From the NCBI GenBank assembly GCA_022824395.1, contig JAJDZX010000037.1, forward strand, positions 114,985 to 178,984: 64,000 nt of DNA, in the 5' to 3' direction. A program made the position numbers and the translations under genes. Under the pieces are notes generated by a model. The model was given only the letters and a program-made list of their open reading frames with translations. It had not been told where the DNA came from and ran no database searches. Of this stretch, positions 1 through 11,105 are shown in pieces; the stretch's first letter is position 1, and the number at the start of each line of letters is the position of its first letter. The DNA comes from Alphaproteobacteria bacterium (GTDB lineage Bacteria; Pseudomonadota; Alphaproteobacteria; TMED109).

Positions 1-687
1 CAGCACCGCCCCTTCGGCCAGCAGCCGTTCCGCGTCGTGAAGCGCCGCGCGCAGCTCGCCGAGTTCATCGTTGACGGCGATCCGGAGCGCCTGAAAGGTG
101 CGGGTGGCGGGGTCGATCGGATGGTGCCCGCCCGGAACCGCCGAGCGCACGACGTCCGCCAGTTCCAGCGTGCGCGTCAGGGGCCGGGCCGCCAAGATCG
201 CCCGCGCGATCCGGCGGGCGCGGCGTTCCTCGCCGAACGTGCGAAGGATGTCCGTGAGCGCCGCCTCGTCCGAAGCGTTGAGAACGTCGGCCGCCGTCTG
301 CCCGGAGCGCCCCATCCGCATATCGAGCGGCCCGTCCCGGCGGAACGAGAATCCCCGCTCCGGATCGTCGAGCTGCGGCGACGACACGCCGAGGTCGAAG
401 ATGATTCCGCCGTCAATCTGCCGCACATCGAGCCGTGCCAGGGCGCGAACCAGTCCGCCGAACCGCGCCTGCAGGAAACGGAACCGGTCCCCGTACCGCC
501 CGGCCAGCGACGTGGCGGCGCGACTTGCGTCCGGATCGCAGTCGATGCCGACCACGCGGCAATCCGCGGCGTCCAGCAGCGCCTGCGTGATGCCGCCACG
601 ACCGAACGTGGCATCCACGTAGAGCGCGTCATCCACCGGCTGCAGCTGGGTCACGATCTCGGTGAGGAGGACCGGCACGTGGGCCAT
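1..687 (-). CDS. rsmH: 16S rRNA (cytosine1402-N4)-methyltransferase RsmH (MraW), C-terminus cut by window edge
   Basis: Absent from the ORF track because there is no stop in the window. The reverse complement from cat at 685-687 reads MAHVPVLLTEIVTQLQPVDDALYVDATFGRGGITQALL..GIIFDLGVSSPQLDDPERGFSFRRDGPLDMRM..TRTFQALRIAVNDEL, which are typical RsmH motifs. It lies directly downstream of mraZ. Confidence 0.9.
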   Translation of the reverse strand, partial: MAHVPVLLTEIVTQLQPVDDALYVDATFGRGGITQALLDAADCRVVGIDCDPDASRAATSLAGRYGDRFRFLQARFGGLVRALARLDVRQIDGGIIFDLGVSSPQLDDPERGFSFRRDGPLDMRMGRSGQTAADVLNASDEAALTDILRTFGEERRARRIARAILAARPLTRTLELADVVRSAVPGGHHPIDPATRTFQALRIAVNDELGELRAALHDAERLLAEGAVL

Positions 688-741
688 GGTGTGACCGCCA
701 ATTGGGAGGGAGGAAAGGCGCGTGCCCACGTGCCGGCGTTT

Positions 742-1278
742 CTAGAGCCCGGACCCCGGCCGGCGATCGGCCGCCTCGGCTTCGGCCGTGGCCTCTGCCA
801 GGAAGTCGTCGACGTGGTCTGGATGGAGGATGTAGAACCGGTCGCCGGCGCCGAGGAGTTCGGCGGTCGGCGACTGCATGGTGAAACTGCGCGTCCTGGG
901 ATTTCCCTCGCCCTCGTCCTTGCCCTCCGCCAGGGCGGACGCGATGAGCGTGTCGGCAGGCAGCTGGACGCGGCCTTCCGGGTCGATCAACTGGGCGGAA
1001 TACGCGTGGAAGTGGTGAAGACCGAGCAGGCCGCGCCGGCGCTGGGACAGTTCCGTACGGTCAGCCTGCTCGGAGTTGCGCCGGCGCAGGTCTGACTGCG
1101 TCACGCACTCGATCGCGTGGACCTGGTAGCTGGTGGCCAGCTTCGCGACGTACAGATGGGGTGACTCTTCCGAGCGGAACTCGGAGCGCCAGCGCGCCGG
1201 AATGCTGATCCGGCCCTTCTTGTCGATCCGGTGCGTAAACGTGCCGGCGAAGAAGGCGCGGTTTCCCACCTCCTGCAT
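742..1278 (-). CDS. mraZ: Division/cell wall cluster transcriptional regulator MraZ
   Basis: ORF 742..1293. The translation FFAGTFTHRIDKKGRISIPARWR plus a second ..IDPEGRVQLPADTL half gives the duplicated MraZ/SpoVT-AbrB fold signature. The ATG at 1278 is preferred over the GTG at 1293 because GGAGGG lies 7 nt upstream. Confidence 0.9.
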   Translation of the reverse strand: MQEVGNRAFFAGTFTHRIDKKGRISIPARWRSEFRSEESPHLYVAKLATSYQVHAIECVTQSDLRRRNSEQADRTELSQRRRGLLGLHHFHAYSAQLIDPEGRVQLPADTLIASALAEGKDEGEGNPRTRSFTMQSPTAELLGAGDRFYILHPDHVDDFLAEATAEAEAADRRPGSGL

Positions 1279-1338
1279 CGCTCGACCCTCCACACGACGT
1301 CACAGTTGCGCAGTTCAACCCAAATGGGTGAACATGGG

Positions 1339-1367
1339 ATACTACGCCAAACCATGGGTCAGGTCAA
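1339..1367 (-). promoter_or_regulatory. Candidate sigma70 promoter of mraZ (Pmra), overlapped by three phased CCCAT pentamers (1324-1358)
   Basis: The minus strand reads TTGACC (1367-1362), a 17-nt spacer, then TAGTAT (1344-1339). ATGGG on the plus strand occurs at 1324-1328, 1334-1338 and 1354-1358, giving 10- and 20-bp phasing. Confidence 0.5.
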
Positions 1368-1467
1368 CGATAACCGCCTGTTCTGTAAGTGCTTATATGA
1401 TCCTGTTCTGTTCTCCTTTGCATTCCGGGGGGCGCGGAATCACCGGTCGGTCCCGCCGGAGGTGACG

Positions 1468-1837
1468 CGTGCCAGACGGCCTGTAAGCCGGGTTCTGTCG
1501 AGGATGGCCATTCATCTCGGGCGCGCGTTGCCGCGCGTCTCGTGCGACCGGCCCGGACGGAGGCGGAAACACCTTCAGCCTGTCGCCAGGCCTCGCCGTC
1601 CCTATTCGGTCTTGCTCCCGGTGGGGTTTACCGTGCCGTCTCCGTTGCCGGAAACGCGGTGCGCACTTACCGCACCGTTTCACCCTTACCGGCCCGCAAG
1701 CGAGCCGGCGGTCTGTTTTCTGCGGCACTGTCCCTGGAGTCACCTCCGCCGGGTGTTACCCGGCACCGTGTTTCCGTGGAGCCCGGACTTTCCTCCCCCG
1801 GGAAGCCCCGGGAGCAGCCATCCGGCCGTCTGGCAAT
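1468..1837 (-). ncRNA. rnpB: RNase P RNA, bacterial class A
   Basis: The reverse complement contains GGAGGAAAGTCCGGGCTCCA, GGTAAGGGTGAAACGGTGCGGTAAGTGCGCACC, GGTAAACCCCACC and ACAGAACCCGGCTTA. P1 is closed by CCAGACGGCC (5') pairing with GGCCGTCTGG (3'). The ends are approximate to within a few nt. Confidence 0.93.
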
Positions 1838-1933
1838 GGGATTCAATGGGATCAGCCGGCCCGGGTCAAGGCCACCCTTCCCGGCGGATGCCGGCGATCG
1901 CACCGAATGCGCCCGACGACCCGACCCGGCTCG

Positions 1934-2731
1934 CTACTGCGAAATCTGCGCAACCGCCTGAATGAGTGCCCGGGTTTCGGAATCGGCATAGCCGTCCACC
2001 GTGCCGGGCCGGAAGCGCCGCTGGAAGGCAGCCACCACCGCCTCGGTCTGGGTGCCGAAAATACCGTTGGTCTCGATGCCATACCCGATGGTCCGCAGGT
2101 TTTCCTGCAGTTCGAGCACGCTTTCGCGCAGGCTGATGGAATCCAGGCCGAACTCGGAACGGCTCTCCTCTTCCCCGATGAAATCCTCGGCGTCGTCCAT
2201 CACGCCGAGACCGCCGTCCGGGTACTCCACGACCTCGTCGGGCCAGATGCTGAAACCGGCGCGCGCCAGCCGTTCCCATGGAAACAGTTCGCCCGGATCC
2301 TGCTTGCGTTCCGGCGCAACGTCCGAATGGCCGATCAGGTCGCGGGGCCGCAAGCCGTGGGACTTGAAGGTGTCGGCCAGCAGATCCTCGAGGGCGTCGA
2401 TCTGGTCGCCGGGAAATGACCGGTAGCCATGGTCGTGGCCGGGGTTGACCAGCTCGATCCCGACGGAGACCGCGTTGACATCGTGCCAGTGGTGCCAGGA
2501 CCCGAGACCGGCGTGCCAGGCCCGCCGTTCCTCCGGCACCAGGCGGTAGGTCGTTCCATCCTCGTCGATCATCCAGTGCGCGCTGACGCCGCTCCCCAAC
2601 TGGGTAAGCTCGCGCAGGGCGGCGGCGGCGGTTTCCATACCCGTGAAATGGACCACCACGAGCTCGATGTCGGCGCCGGGCGGGCGGGCGTTGTGATTGG
2701 GGGACAGGGCCTCCCGGATCGGGCGCTTCAT
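1934..2731 (-). CDS. N-acetylmuramoyl-L-alanine amidase (Amidase_2/AmpD-AmiD type) with C-terminal peptidoglycan-binding domain
   Basis: 265 aa. Contains VVHFTG..AHWMIDEDGTTYRLVPEERRAWHAG..VSVGIELVN..IGHSDVAPERKQDPG. The C-terminal LQENLRTIGYGIETNGIFGTQTEAVVAAFQRRF resembles PG_binding_1. Confidence 0.88.
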   Translation of the reverse strand: MKRPIREALSPNHNARPPGADIELVVVHFTGMETAAAALRELTQLGSGVSAHWMIDEDGTTYRLVPEERRAWHAGLGSWHHWHDVNAVSVGIELVNPGHDHGYRSFPGDQIDALEDLLADTFKSHGLRPRDLIGHSDVAPERKQDPGELFPWERLARAGFSIWPDEVVEYPDGGLGVMDDAEDFIGEEESRSEFGLDSISLRESVLELQENLRTIGYGIETNGIFGTQTEAVVAAFQRRFRPGTVDGYADSETRALIQAVAQISQ

Positions 2732-3498
2732 TTGCGCCCGCGGCCTTTCGTGATCGCCTCGTACGCGGCGTTGATGGCCGCGAGCCGTTCGGTCGCATGC
2801 TCGATCAGTTCGTCCGGCAGCCCCTTGGACACCAGGTGGTCGGGGTGAAACTTGCGCACCAGGCTGCGGTGGGCCGAGCGGATCTCGTCGTCGGATGCCC
2901 CCGGGGCCACCCCCAGCACGTCGTAATGCGAGCTGCCGTCGCCCTCCGCGCCGTCACCGGCTGCCTGGTGCCGGGACCGGATCGACCCCACTTCCGCGTC
3001 GCTGAACCCGAAGAGGCGGCCGATTTCCCGGATGATGCGGTCCTCGTTGGGATGAAACACGCCGTCCGCCGCCGCGATCGCATAGAGGCAGTCCAGGATC
3101 TGTGCGCACCGCTCGTCCCGCGGACCGAGGATCGCCGCCAGCTGCTGGGCGTACGTCTCGAACCCCTCGGACGAGCGCCTGGCCTCGTTGTAGATCGCCG
3201 CGACCCGCGCCTCGTCGTGCCGCGGAAAGTGATAGACGCGCCGGAAGGCCTGGATCTCGTCGGGCGTCACGCGCCCGTCGGCCTTGGCGACCTTCGCCGA
3301 CAGCCCGATCAGCCCGACCGAGAAGGCGACCTGGGCCTCCGCACGGTCTCCCGCTACGCCCGGACCGGCCAGAGTCCGCCGCTCGCTGTCGCGGAAGCGG
3401 TCCAGCAGGTGCCCGCCGCCCGCGCCGATGAGGGCGCCGATCGGCCCGCCGATGGCGAATCCCAGGGTGCCGCCGAGCAACGTGCCGAGAAATGCCAT
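2728..3498 (-). CDS. djlA: DjlA-like membrane co-chaperone (TerB-like domain plus C-terminal J domain)
   Basis: 256 aa. It has a Gly-rich N-terminal TM, a TerB-like [15 protein letters not shown] segment, and a C-terminal J domain [23 protein letters not shown] with HPD. There is a 4-nt overlap with the downstream amidase. Confidence 0.85.
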   Translation of the reverse strand: MAFLGTLLGGTLGFAIGGPIGALIGAGGGHLLDRFRDSERRTLAGPGVAGDRAEAQVAFSVGLIGLSAKVAKADGRVTPDEIQAFRRVYHFPRHDEARVAAIYNEARRSSEGFETYAQQLAAILGPRDERCAQILDCLYAIAAADGVFHPNEDRIIREIGRLFGFSDAEVGSIRSRHQAAGDGAEGDGSSHYDVLGVAPGASDDEIRSAHRSLVRKFHPDHLVSKGLPDELIEHATERLAAINAAYEAITKGRGRK

Positions 3499-3812
3499 CG
3501 CCTCAGCCCGCCGGAGCCTGGCGGCGGCGGAGCCCCCGGGCGCTGGACGGGCAGCTCCGAGCCCGCACGGACCGCATTCGCAGCGCTCGTATCGACATGC
3601 CGTTGAGTCCTCCCGGAGGTCTTGCGCGGGCTGTCCCGCTCGGCGGGCCGACGGGGTCCGCGCGGGTTGCCGCGATCATGGTCGCGGGCCGCAGGCGCCG
3701 CCGCCCGATCATAGGGTCCCCGGGCCGGGTCCGGCCACGGAGGCCATCCGCGCTTTCCGATATCTTGCACAGTCATTCGCGGGGCGCGCCCGCGCCTGGC
3801 GGATCGCGGACC

Positions 3813-6800
3813 ATGGATGGTTCCCACGGCTGGCAGTTCTGGATTGACCGGGGCGGTACCTTCACCGACGTGGTGGCGCGCGCCCCGGACGGCACGCTGA
3901 CGGCGCGCAAGCTGCTTTCGAACAGCCCCGGGCACTATCGGGACGCCGCCGTGGCCGGCATCCGCGCCGTGCTCGGGCTCGCGACTTCGGAACCGATCCC
4001 CGCCAGCGCCGTCGCCTCTGTCCGCATGGGCACGACCGTGGCGACGAACGCACTCCTCGAACGCAAGGGAGAGCCCGTCCTGCTGTGTGTCACGCGGGGC
4101 TTCGGCGACGCCCTGCAGATCGGCACCCAGGCGCGACCCGACATCTTCGCCCGGCGCATCGAGCGGCCAGCGCTCCCCTACGCTGAGGTGATCGAAATCG
4201 ACGAACGCGTCAGCGCGGGCGGCGAGGTGCTGACGCCGCTCGATGCGGCCGCGTCCGAACGCGCGCTCCGGAATGCGGCCGCGGGTGGCTTGCAGTCGGT
4301 CGCCATCGTCCTGATGCACGGCTATCGCTACACCGATCATGAACGTGCGCTGGCCGACATCGCCCGCCGGGCCGGTTTTGTGCAGGTGTCGGTGTCCCAC
4401 GAAACCGTCCCGCTCCTGAAGCTTGTGAGCCGGGGCGGCACGACGGTGGCCGACGCCTATCTCTCGCCGGTCCTCAATCGCTACATCCGGGACCTCCAGC
4501 GCGAGCTCGAGGGGATTCCGCTGTCCTTCATGCAGTCCAACGGCGGGCTGGCCTCGGCGGCCCGCTTCCGGGGGAAGGACGCCGTCCTGTCGGGCCCGGC
4601 GGGCGGCGTGGTCGGGGCGGCGCGAACCGCCCAGGCCGCGGGCTTCACGCGGATCATCGGCTTCGACATGGGGGGCACGTCCACCGACGTCAGCTACTAC
4701 GGAGGCACCTTCGAACGGGTCGAGGAGGCGGAGGTCGCCGGCCTGCACCTCGCCACACCGTCGTTGCGGATCCAGACGGTCGCCGCCGGCGGCGGCTCGA
4801 TCCTCCATTTCGACGGTGAGCGCTTCACGGTGGGACCGGACAGCGCCGGCGCCGTGCCCGGTCCGGCCTGCTACCGCAATGGCGGACCGCTCACCATCAC
4901 GGACGCGAACCTGCTGCTCGGGCGCGTCCGGGCCGCCCACTTCCCGCACGTGTTCGGGCCCGATGCCGACCAGCCGCTCGACGCAGCGGTCACCCGCCGG
5001 GCCTTCGAGGCACTCGCCGCGAGGGCCGGCACGACCGCCGAGGACGTGGCCGAGGGTTTTCTCGACGTCGCCGTGGCAAACATGTCGGCCGCCATCAAGA
5101 AGATTTCCGTCCAGCGCGGGTACGATGTCACCGCGTGCGCACTGGCGGGCTTCGGCGCCGCGGCCGGCCAGCTCGCCTGTCGCGTGGCGGAAGACCTCGA
5201 CATGGACGCGGTCCTCCTGCATCCGCTCGCTGGCGTGCTGTCGGCCTACGGCATGGGCCTGGCGAACCTCTCGGCCATCCACCAGCAACCGGTCGGTCGC
5301 GAGCTCGATCCGGACGATCCGGGCCCGGCGGCCGCCGAGTTGGACGCCACCGAGCGCGCCGCGGCGGCGGCGATATCCGTGGACGATCCGGCCGCAAAGG
5401 TCGGGTTCACCAGGCGCCTCCGGGTCCGGTACGACGGAACCAACACGGCGCTTCTCGTCCCGGCCGGCCCGGGCGCCGCCGTACGGCGTGACTTCGAAAC
5501 GCAGCATCGGCGCCTCTTCGGCTTCCTGCATGAGGGGCGAGCCCTCCACATCGAGGCGGCCGAGGTCGAGGCCGCCACCGGCACCAGCCCCCTGCCGGTC
5601 TCCCGTCCGCCGGCCGGCCGGGCGCCGCCGGAGCCGGTGGAGCAGGTGGCCCTGCACGACCGCGGCGTCCGTCTGCAGGTCCCGCTGTACCGCCGGGCCG
5701 ATGTCGGGGCGGGCGTGACGCTGTCCGGCCCCGCGATCCTCGTCGAACCGACGGCCACCACCGTGATCGACCCCGGCTGGCGGGCCCGGATGCTGGACGA
5801 CGGACAACTTCTGCTCGAACGCGGGACCGGGCGGCAGCGCCGCCGGGCCGGACAGACCGAGGCCGACCCGGTGCTGCTCGAGGTGTTCAACGGACTGTTC
5901 ATGTCCGCCGCGGAGCAGATGGGATCGGTCCTGCGCAATACCGCGCACTCCGTCAACATCAAGGAGCGTCTCGACTTCTCGTGCGCGGTCTTCGACCGAG
6001 CGGGCGCTTTGGTCGCCAACGCACCCCATATCCCCGTGCATCTCGGATCCATGGGCGAGGCCGTGCTGGCGGTCCGCGAGGCCCGCGGCGGCGCGCTGCG
6101 GCCCGGGGACGCATTTCTGCACAACGCGCCCTACCGCGGCGGCACGCACCTGCCGGACTTGACGGTGGTCACGCCCGTCTTCGACCGATCCGGCGATCGC
6201 ATCCTGTTCTTCGTGGCCAGCCGGGCGCATCACGCCGACATCGGCGGCATCACCCCCGGCTCGATGCCGGCCACCAGTACGACCGTCCATGAAGAGGGCA
6301 TCCTGTTCGATGCGCTCCCGATTCTTTCCCAGGGCCGCCTTCTCGAGGACGAACTCCGCAGACACCTGGCGTCCGGACGCTGGCCCGCGCGCAACCCCAA
6401 CCAGAACCTGGCCGACGTGTCTGCCCAGCTCGCGGCAGGCGAACGCGGGATCCAGGAACTGCACGCGATGATCGAGGAGTTCGGCCTGGAAACGGTGCAT
6501 GCCTACATGGGGCACGTCCAGCGGCACGCCGAGGAACAGGTCCGGCGCCTGCTGTCCCGGCTGCAGCCAGGTTCGGCCGAGGTCGAGCTCGATGACGGCG
6601 CCGTCATTCGGGTCGAGATCACCGTGAACCGCGCCCAGCGATCGGCGGTCGTCGACTTTTCCGGCACATCGCAGCAACTCGCCAACAACTTCAATGCCCC
6701 GAGCGCGGTCGCCCGATCAGCCGTGCTGTACGTGCTGCGGGTCCTGATCGAGCGTCGGATTCCGCTCAACCACGGATGCCTGATCCCCGTCGAGATCCGC

Positions 6801-7391
6801 ATCCCGGAACGGTCGCTGCTCGCCCCGTGCCATCCGGCCGCCGTCGCCGCCGGCAACGTCGAAACCAGCCAGGCGATCGTCGATGTGCTGTTTGCCGCAC
6901 TGGGCGTGCAGGCGCACAGCTACGGCACGGTCAGCAACCTCACGTTTGGCACGGACGCTTTCGGATACTATGAGACCATCTGCGGAGGCGGGGGCGCGGG
7001 TCCTGACCATGCCGGTGCGGATGCCGTTCATTGCCACATGACCAATACCCGCCTGACCGATCCCGAAGTGCTCGAGAACCGCTTCCCGGTGCAGCTGGAT
7101 TCGTTCGCAGTGCGGCGCGGCAGCGGCGGGAACGGGCGCCACCGGGGCGGTGACGGCACCGTCCGTCGCCTGCGCTTTCTGGTCCCGATGACGGCTGGCA
7201 TCCTGTCCAACCGCCGGCGCGTGCCACCGCGTGGGCTCGCGGGCGGGGGAGACGGGGCACTCGGTGCCAATTCGCTGGAACGGCACGACGGCACGGTCGA
7301 GCGCCTGCCGGGGAGCGCCTCGCGGCAGGTCATGCCCGGAGACGTCCTGGTGATCGAGACGCCGGGCGGCGGGGGCTTCGGTCGTGCCTGA
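3813..7391 (+). CDS. Fused hydantoinase A/B family protein (5-oxoprolinase-like, about 1192 aa)
   Basis: ORF 3492..7391. The start is set at [22 protein letters not shown], the canonical HyuA N-terminus. The HyuB-type half (..[27 protein letters not shown]..) lies in the same frame. The upstream 107 codons are Arg/Pro-rich and overlap djlA. Confidence 0.9.
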   Translation: MDGSHGWQFWIDRGGTFTDVVARAPDGTLTARKLLSNSPGHYRDAAVAGIRAVLGLATSEPIPASAVASVRMGTTVATNALLERKGEPVLLCVTRGFGDALQIGTQARPDIFARRIERPALPYAEVIEIDERVSAGGEVLTPLDAAASERALRNAAAGGLQSVAIVLMHGYRYTDHERALADIARRAGFVQVSVSHETVPLLKLVSRGGTTVADAYLSPVLNRYIRDLQRELEGIPLSFMQSNGGLASAARFRGKDAVLSGPAGGVVGAARTAQAAGFTRIIGFDMGGTSTDVSYYGGTFERVEEAEVAGLHLATPSLRIQTVAAGGGSILHFDGERFTVGPDSAGAVPGPACYRNGGPLTITDANLLLGRVRAAHFPHVFGPDADQPLDAAVTRRAFEALAARAGTTAEDVAEGFLDVAVANMSAAIKKISVQRGYDVTACALAGFGAAAGQLACRVAEDLDMDAVLLHPLAGVLSAYGMGLANLSAIHQQPVGRELDPDDPGPAAAELDATERAAAAAISVDDPAAKVGFTRRLRVRYDGTNTALLVPAGPGAAVRRDFETQHRRLFGFLHEGRALHIEAAEVEAATGTSPLPVSRPPAGRAPPEPVEQVALHDRGVRLQVPLYRRADVGAGVTLSGPAILVEPTATTVIDPGWRARMLDDGQLLLERGTGRQRRRAGQTEADPVLLEVFNGLFMSAAEQMGSVLRNTAHSVNIKERLDFSCAVFDRAGALVANAPHIPVHLGSMGEAVLAVREARGGALRPGDAFLHNAPYRGGTHLPDLTVVTPVFDRSGDRILFFVASRAHHADIGGITPGSMPATSTTVHEEGILFDALPILSQGRLLEDELRRHLASGRWPARNPNQNLADVSAQLAAGERGIQELHAMIEEFGLETVHAYMGHVQRHAEEQVRRLLSRLQPGSAEVELDDGAVIRVEITVNRAQRSAVVDFSGTSQQLANNFNAPSAVARSAVLYVLRVLIERRIPLNHGCLIPVEIRIPERSLLAPCHPAAVAAGNVETSQAIVDVLFAALGVQAHSYGTVSNLTFGTDAFGYYETICGGGGAGPDHAGADAVHCHMTNTRLTDPEVLENRFPVQLDSFAVRRGSGGNGRHRGGDGTVRRLRFLVPMTAGILSNRRRVPPRGLAGGGDGALGANSLERHDGTVERLPGSASRQVMPGDVLVIETPGGGGFGRA

Positions 7392-8142
7392 GGGGCGCCG
7401 GCCGCGACATGCCGGCATCGTGGCCGGGATCCTGAGCGGAGTCGCTCTCGGGACCGTGACGCCGGCACCGGCGCTGGCCGAGTCGGACCCGTTCGAGTCC
7501 CTCAACCGCGCGGTATTCGAGGTCAACCGTGAACTTGACCGCTTCGTGCTCCGGCCGACCACGGTCACCTATCGATTCGTAGTCCCGGACCCGGTACGAC
7601 AGGGAATCGGTCAGTTCCTGAACAACCTGCTGGAACCCGTCTACGCGCTCAATGCGGCCCTGCAGGGGGACGCCGCCGGTCTCGAGGTCGCCGTCTCGCG
7701 CTTCCTGCTCAACACTTTCGTCGGTCTCGGCGGCTTCATCGACGTCGCCGCGCAGGCGGGGGTCTACCGCGATCCCCGGGGCTTCGGCCAGACCCTCGAC
7801 CAGTGGGGGTCCGGGCCGGGTCCGTATCTCGTCCTGCCCGTGCTGGGACCGTCGACGGCGCGGGAACTCGCGGGCCTCGGGATGGATGCCCTGTCGACAC
7901 CGCACTACTACCTGGTGCGGCGGTCGGGCATCGACCTCACATTCCAGGCGGCCGAAACCGGATTGCGGGCCGTGACGTTCCGTGACCGGCATTTCGAGCA
8001 GGTGGACGCCGGGCTCGCGAGTTCGCTTGACGCCTACGCCTCGACCCGGAGCGTCTACTGGCAGCTGCTGCGCGGGCGCGACGCCCCGCCGGACGATCTG
8101 TTCGACGACACCGAACTGGATTTCGACGCGTTCGAGGAATAG
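7384..8142 (+). CDS. mlaA: MlaA/VacJ family outer-membrane lipoprotein
   Basis: 252 aa. Contains [53 protein letters not shown]-like..[12 protein letters not shown], typical of the VacJ family. The exact start is uncertain (GTG 7384). Confidence 0.85.
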   Translation: MPEGRRPRHAGIVAGILSGVALGTVTPAPALAESDPFESLNRAVFEVNRELDRFVLRPTTVTYRFVVPDPVRQGIGQFLNNLLEPVYALNAALQGDAAGLEVAVSRFLLNTFVGLGGFIDVAAQAGVYRDPRGFGQTLDQWGSGPGPYLVLPVLGPSTARELAGLGMDALSTPHYYLVRRSGIDLTFQAAETGLRAVTFRDRHFEQVDAGLASSLDAYASTRSVYWQLLRGRDAPPDDLFDDTELDFDAFEE

Positions 8143-8652
8143 CAGCGGCCGAGGGCGCCACCACCGCGTCCACCCGACGGCGTCCAATTCACCCCCGGGT
8201 CGCCCCCGCGGAAGCCGCAGGGCCGACCCCGTCGGCGCCCGGGCACGACCGCGTCCGGCACGATTGCGCAGTGACGTCGGCGACAGCCTCCGGCACGCGC
8301 AGGCCGGGAACCCGACGTGTCGCAGGTCGGCTCCGACGACATCGGACGGCGTTGGGCGTCACGACCACCTCGCCGACAACAACGAACCCGTGCGGATCCC
8401 CTTCGAATGGCACGACCTCGCGCAGCGTTGGCGGCTCTTCGGCAACCTCGGGCACGCCGTGCCGGGAGTCCTGGGTGATCGTCACCCCCGAGATCAGCGG
8501 GAGGATTTCCGGCGCGTCCACGACGGGTCGGCGCAAGGCATCCCGGCGACCCTCGAGGTCACCACGGGCCGACTGCGCGGACCGGTCGGGCCCCGTCAAC
8601 CGGGGAGGGCGGTTCCCCTCGCCGGCGCCGCGATGCCACGCTGGTTCCCGCG

Positions 8653-9447
8653 TCAGTGCCCCTGGAAGCGGGGGGCCCGTTTTTCCATGAACGCCCGCCG
8701 GCCCTCCACGTAGTCGGCACTGGCGAAGCACTCCGCGACGAGACGTTCGCATAGCGCCTGGTCGCGGGCATCGGCGTCCTTCAGGACCTCCGTCACGATC
8801 CGCTTCGACGCACGCACGGTGAGCGGTGCGTTGGCCGCGATCATGCTGGCGTAGTCCGCGACCGTCGTTGCCAGCTCCCCTGGCGCCACTACCCGGTTCA
8901 CGAGCCCATTCGCGGCTGCCTCGGCGGCGCCAAACCGTCTTGCCGTGAACATGATGTCCTTGGCGACGGCAGGGCCGACGATGCTGACGAGAACTTGCAA
9001 ACTGGTGTAGTCGTAACCGAGGCCAAGCCGTGCTGCCGGAATGCCGAAGCGGGCGTCGTCGGCGGCAATGCGGAGGTCGCAAGCCAGGGCAATTCCCAGT
9101 CCCCCGCCGATGCAATAGCCACCAATTTCGGCGATCGTGGGTTTGGGGCACTGACGGAGCGCACCGTGGGCATCGGCGGTAGCGCGGTTGTACGCATCCG
9201 CCGTATCGCCTTCCCGCTTCCGCTCGAATTCCGAAATGTCGGCACCGGCGGAAAACGCCCTGTCCCCCGCCCCCGTCACGACGACCACACGGACGCCTTC
9301 GTCGGCCGAGAAGGCCTGCATCGCCGCGGTGATTCCGCACCACATGTCGTGGTCGATCACGTTGTGTTTCTCCGGCCGATTCAGGATGAGCCGAGCAATC
9401 CCGGCCGACGTGTCCGCGATCAGGGAGTCTGGCAGTGCAATAGGCAT
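8653..9447 (-). CDS. Enoyl-CoA hydratase/isomerase (crotonase) family protein
   Basis: ORF 8653..9501. Contains LILNRPEKHNV..VVVVTGAGDRAFSAGADISEF..GYCIGGGLGIALACDLRIA. The start is placed at MPIALPD (9447). Confidence 0.88.
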   Translation of the reverse strand: MPIALPDSLIADTSAGIARLILNRPEKHNVIDHDMWCGITAAMQAFSADEGVRVVVVTGAGDRAFSAGADISEFERKREGDTADAYNRATADAHGALRQCPKPTIAEIGGYCIGGGLGIALACDLRIAADDARFGIPAARLGLGYDYTSLQVLVSIVGPAVAKDIMFTARRFGAAEAAANGLVNRVVAPGELATTVADYASMIAANAPLTVRASKRIVTEVLKDADARDQALCERLVAECFASADYVEGRRAFMEKRAPRFQGH

Positions 9448-9539
9448 CGATCTGGTTCCTGCAGAAGATGGTCGGCAGCGGCGAAACCCGGCGCGGCGCA
9501 ACGGCCGGCCGAATGCCGGCGCCGCAGACGGACCGGTGC

Positions 9540-10727
9540 TCAGATGATTCCCTGGTCCCGAAGTTCGGACAGTTCATCCTGCCCGACCCCGAGCCGGCCG
9601 AACACCTCGGCGTTGTGCTGACCCCGTTCCGGCGCCGGCGCGAAGGGCGGATCGGGCGCGCGACTGAGCCGGATCGGCTGGTTGACCAAGGCGAGGTCGC
9701 CGAGACGCGGGTGCGCCACCTTGCGGGCCATGCCGAGATGCTCGACCTGCGGATCCGCGAACGCCTGATCAATCCTGTTGATGGGCCCGCATGGCACGCC
9801 GGCCCCGTTGAGGACCTCGATCCAGTGGGCGCTGCTCTCGTTGACCAGGCAAGACTCGAGTTCCCGATGCAGTTCACCTCGGTTGACCGACCGCCCCTCG
9901 GCAGACGCGAACCGCGAATCTTCGAGCAGGTGGTCGGCGTCGAGCACTCGGCACAGGCGGCGCCAGATGGCTTCACCCGACGCCGCGACGTTGATATGCC
10001 CATCCGCCGTTCGGAAGACGCCCGTCGGCATGCTGGTGGGGTGGTTGTTGCCCGCCTGCGGCGGTACTTCGCGATCCATGAGCCAGCGCACGGCCTGAAA
10101 GTCGAGCATCGCGATCTGGGCCTGCAGGAGCGACGTGCCGACCCACTGTCCTTCCCCGGTCTGTTCGCGTTCCAGCAGCGCGACCACGATCCCGAACGCG
10201 CAGAACACCCCGGCGCTCAGGTCGGCGACCGGAATGCCCGCCCGGACCGGTCCCTGTCCCGGAAGACCGGTAACCGACATCAGACCGCCCATGCCCTGCG
10301 CAATCTGATCGAAGCCCGGCCGGCCGGCATACGGGCCGTCCTCACCGAAACCGGAAATGCTCGCGTAGACCAGGCCTGGGTTGGCCTCGCGCAGTGCCGG
10401 GTAGTCGATGCCCAGGCGCCGCTTCACCTCCGGCCGGTAGTTCTCGACCAGGACATCTGCTCCGGCCACCAGCCTGTGGAACAAGCCGAGGCCCCGGGCA
10501 TCCTTCAGGTTCAGGGTGACAGCCCGCTTGTTGCGCTGCAGGTTCTGAAAGTCCGAGCCGTCCCGCTTGCCGCTCAGACCCGCCGATGTGTCGGCATGCT
10601 CCGGCGGTTCGATCTTGATCACGTCGGCGCCCCAGTCCGCCAGCTGGCGAACCGCGGTAGGCCCCGCTCGCACTCGCGTCAGGTCAAGCACTGTGAATCG
10701 GGACAATGGACCTTGTCGTAACGGCAT
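9540..10727 (-). CDS. CaiB/BaiF family III CoA-transferase
   Basis: 395 aa. Contains FTVLDLTRVRAGPTAVRQLADWGADVIKIEPP..GRPGFDQIAQGMGGLMSVTG, a family III CoA-transferase signature. Confidence 0.88.
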   Translation of the reverse strand: MPLRQGPLSRFTVLDLTRVRAGPTAVRQLADWGADVIKIEPPEHADTSAGLSGKRDGSDFQNLQRNKRAVTLNLKDARGLGLFHRLVAGADVLVENYRPEVKRRLGIDYPALREANPGLVYASISGFGEDGPYAGRPGFDQIAQGMGGLMSVTGLPGQGPVRAGIPVADLSAGVFCAFGIVVALLEREQTGEGQWVGTSLLQAQIAMLDFQAVRWLMDREVPPQAGNNHPTSMPTGVFRTADGHINVAASGEAIWRRLCRVLDADHLLEDSRFASAEGRSVNRGELHRELESCLVNESSAHWIEVLNGAGVPCGPINRIDQAFADPQVEHLGMARKVAHPRLGDLALVNQPIRLSRAPDPPFAPAPERGQHNAEVFGRLGVGQDELSELRDQGII

Positions 10728-11105
10728 GGAGGGCTCTGCTTCTGCCTGTGGCGCATCCGGTGCGCGCCCATTCTGCCCGATTTGGGCGTTCGCGCGCCAA
10801 CCCGCCAGCGCGGATCACCGAAACCGTCGAGGATGGCACCGCGAGAGGCCGTGCGCCCGGGCGAAGACCGTCAAGAAATGCGCCGCCGCCGCCGAAGCGA
10901 CGTTAGCGGGCGCGGCTCTCAGAAACCGTCACATTCCGCCGCAGACGCGGCGGCGACATTTGAAACTGCGCGGCGGCAGCGATACATTTCCGGCGTCAAT
11001 CGGCACGATCGACGCCGCCGAACAGTTGGGGCAGACCGGCCCGGCAACTCACTTCGCTGCGCGCACACACCTCGCGGGGGCGCCGATGCGGATGGCGCGA
11101 TCATC

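Noticed and set aside
3354-6677. Very long ORFs antisense to, or out of frame with, recognised genes. Examples are 3354..6677 minus (1107 aa), 37..1095 plus, 8189..10003 minus, 11390..12523 minus, 18894..20372 minus, 33545..35080 plus, 40783..41955 plus, 46927..48597 plus, 60382..61716 minus and 60984..62843 plus.
   Set aside because: These are typical high-GC shadow ORFs. Their translations are Arg/Pro/Gly/Ala-rich with no recognisable motif, and each is fully overlapped by a gene with clear family signatures on the other strand or in another frame.
8143-8652. Possible small gene in the 0.5-kb gap between mlaA and the crotonase. The minus-strand frame ending at 8189 reads ..PEILPLISGVTITQDSRHGVPEVAEEPPTLREVVPFEGDPHGFVVVGEVVVTPNAV.. 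and could start at the TTG at 8599.
   Set aside because: The exactly antisense plus frame has equally high third-position GC, so composition does not pick a strand. The C-terminal third is Arg-rich junk-like sequence, there is no ATG or RBS, and I recognise no motif. It needs blastx or expression data before it can be called.
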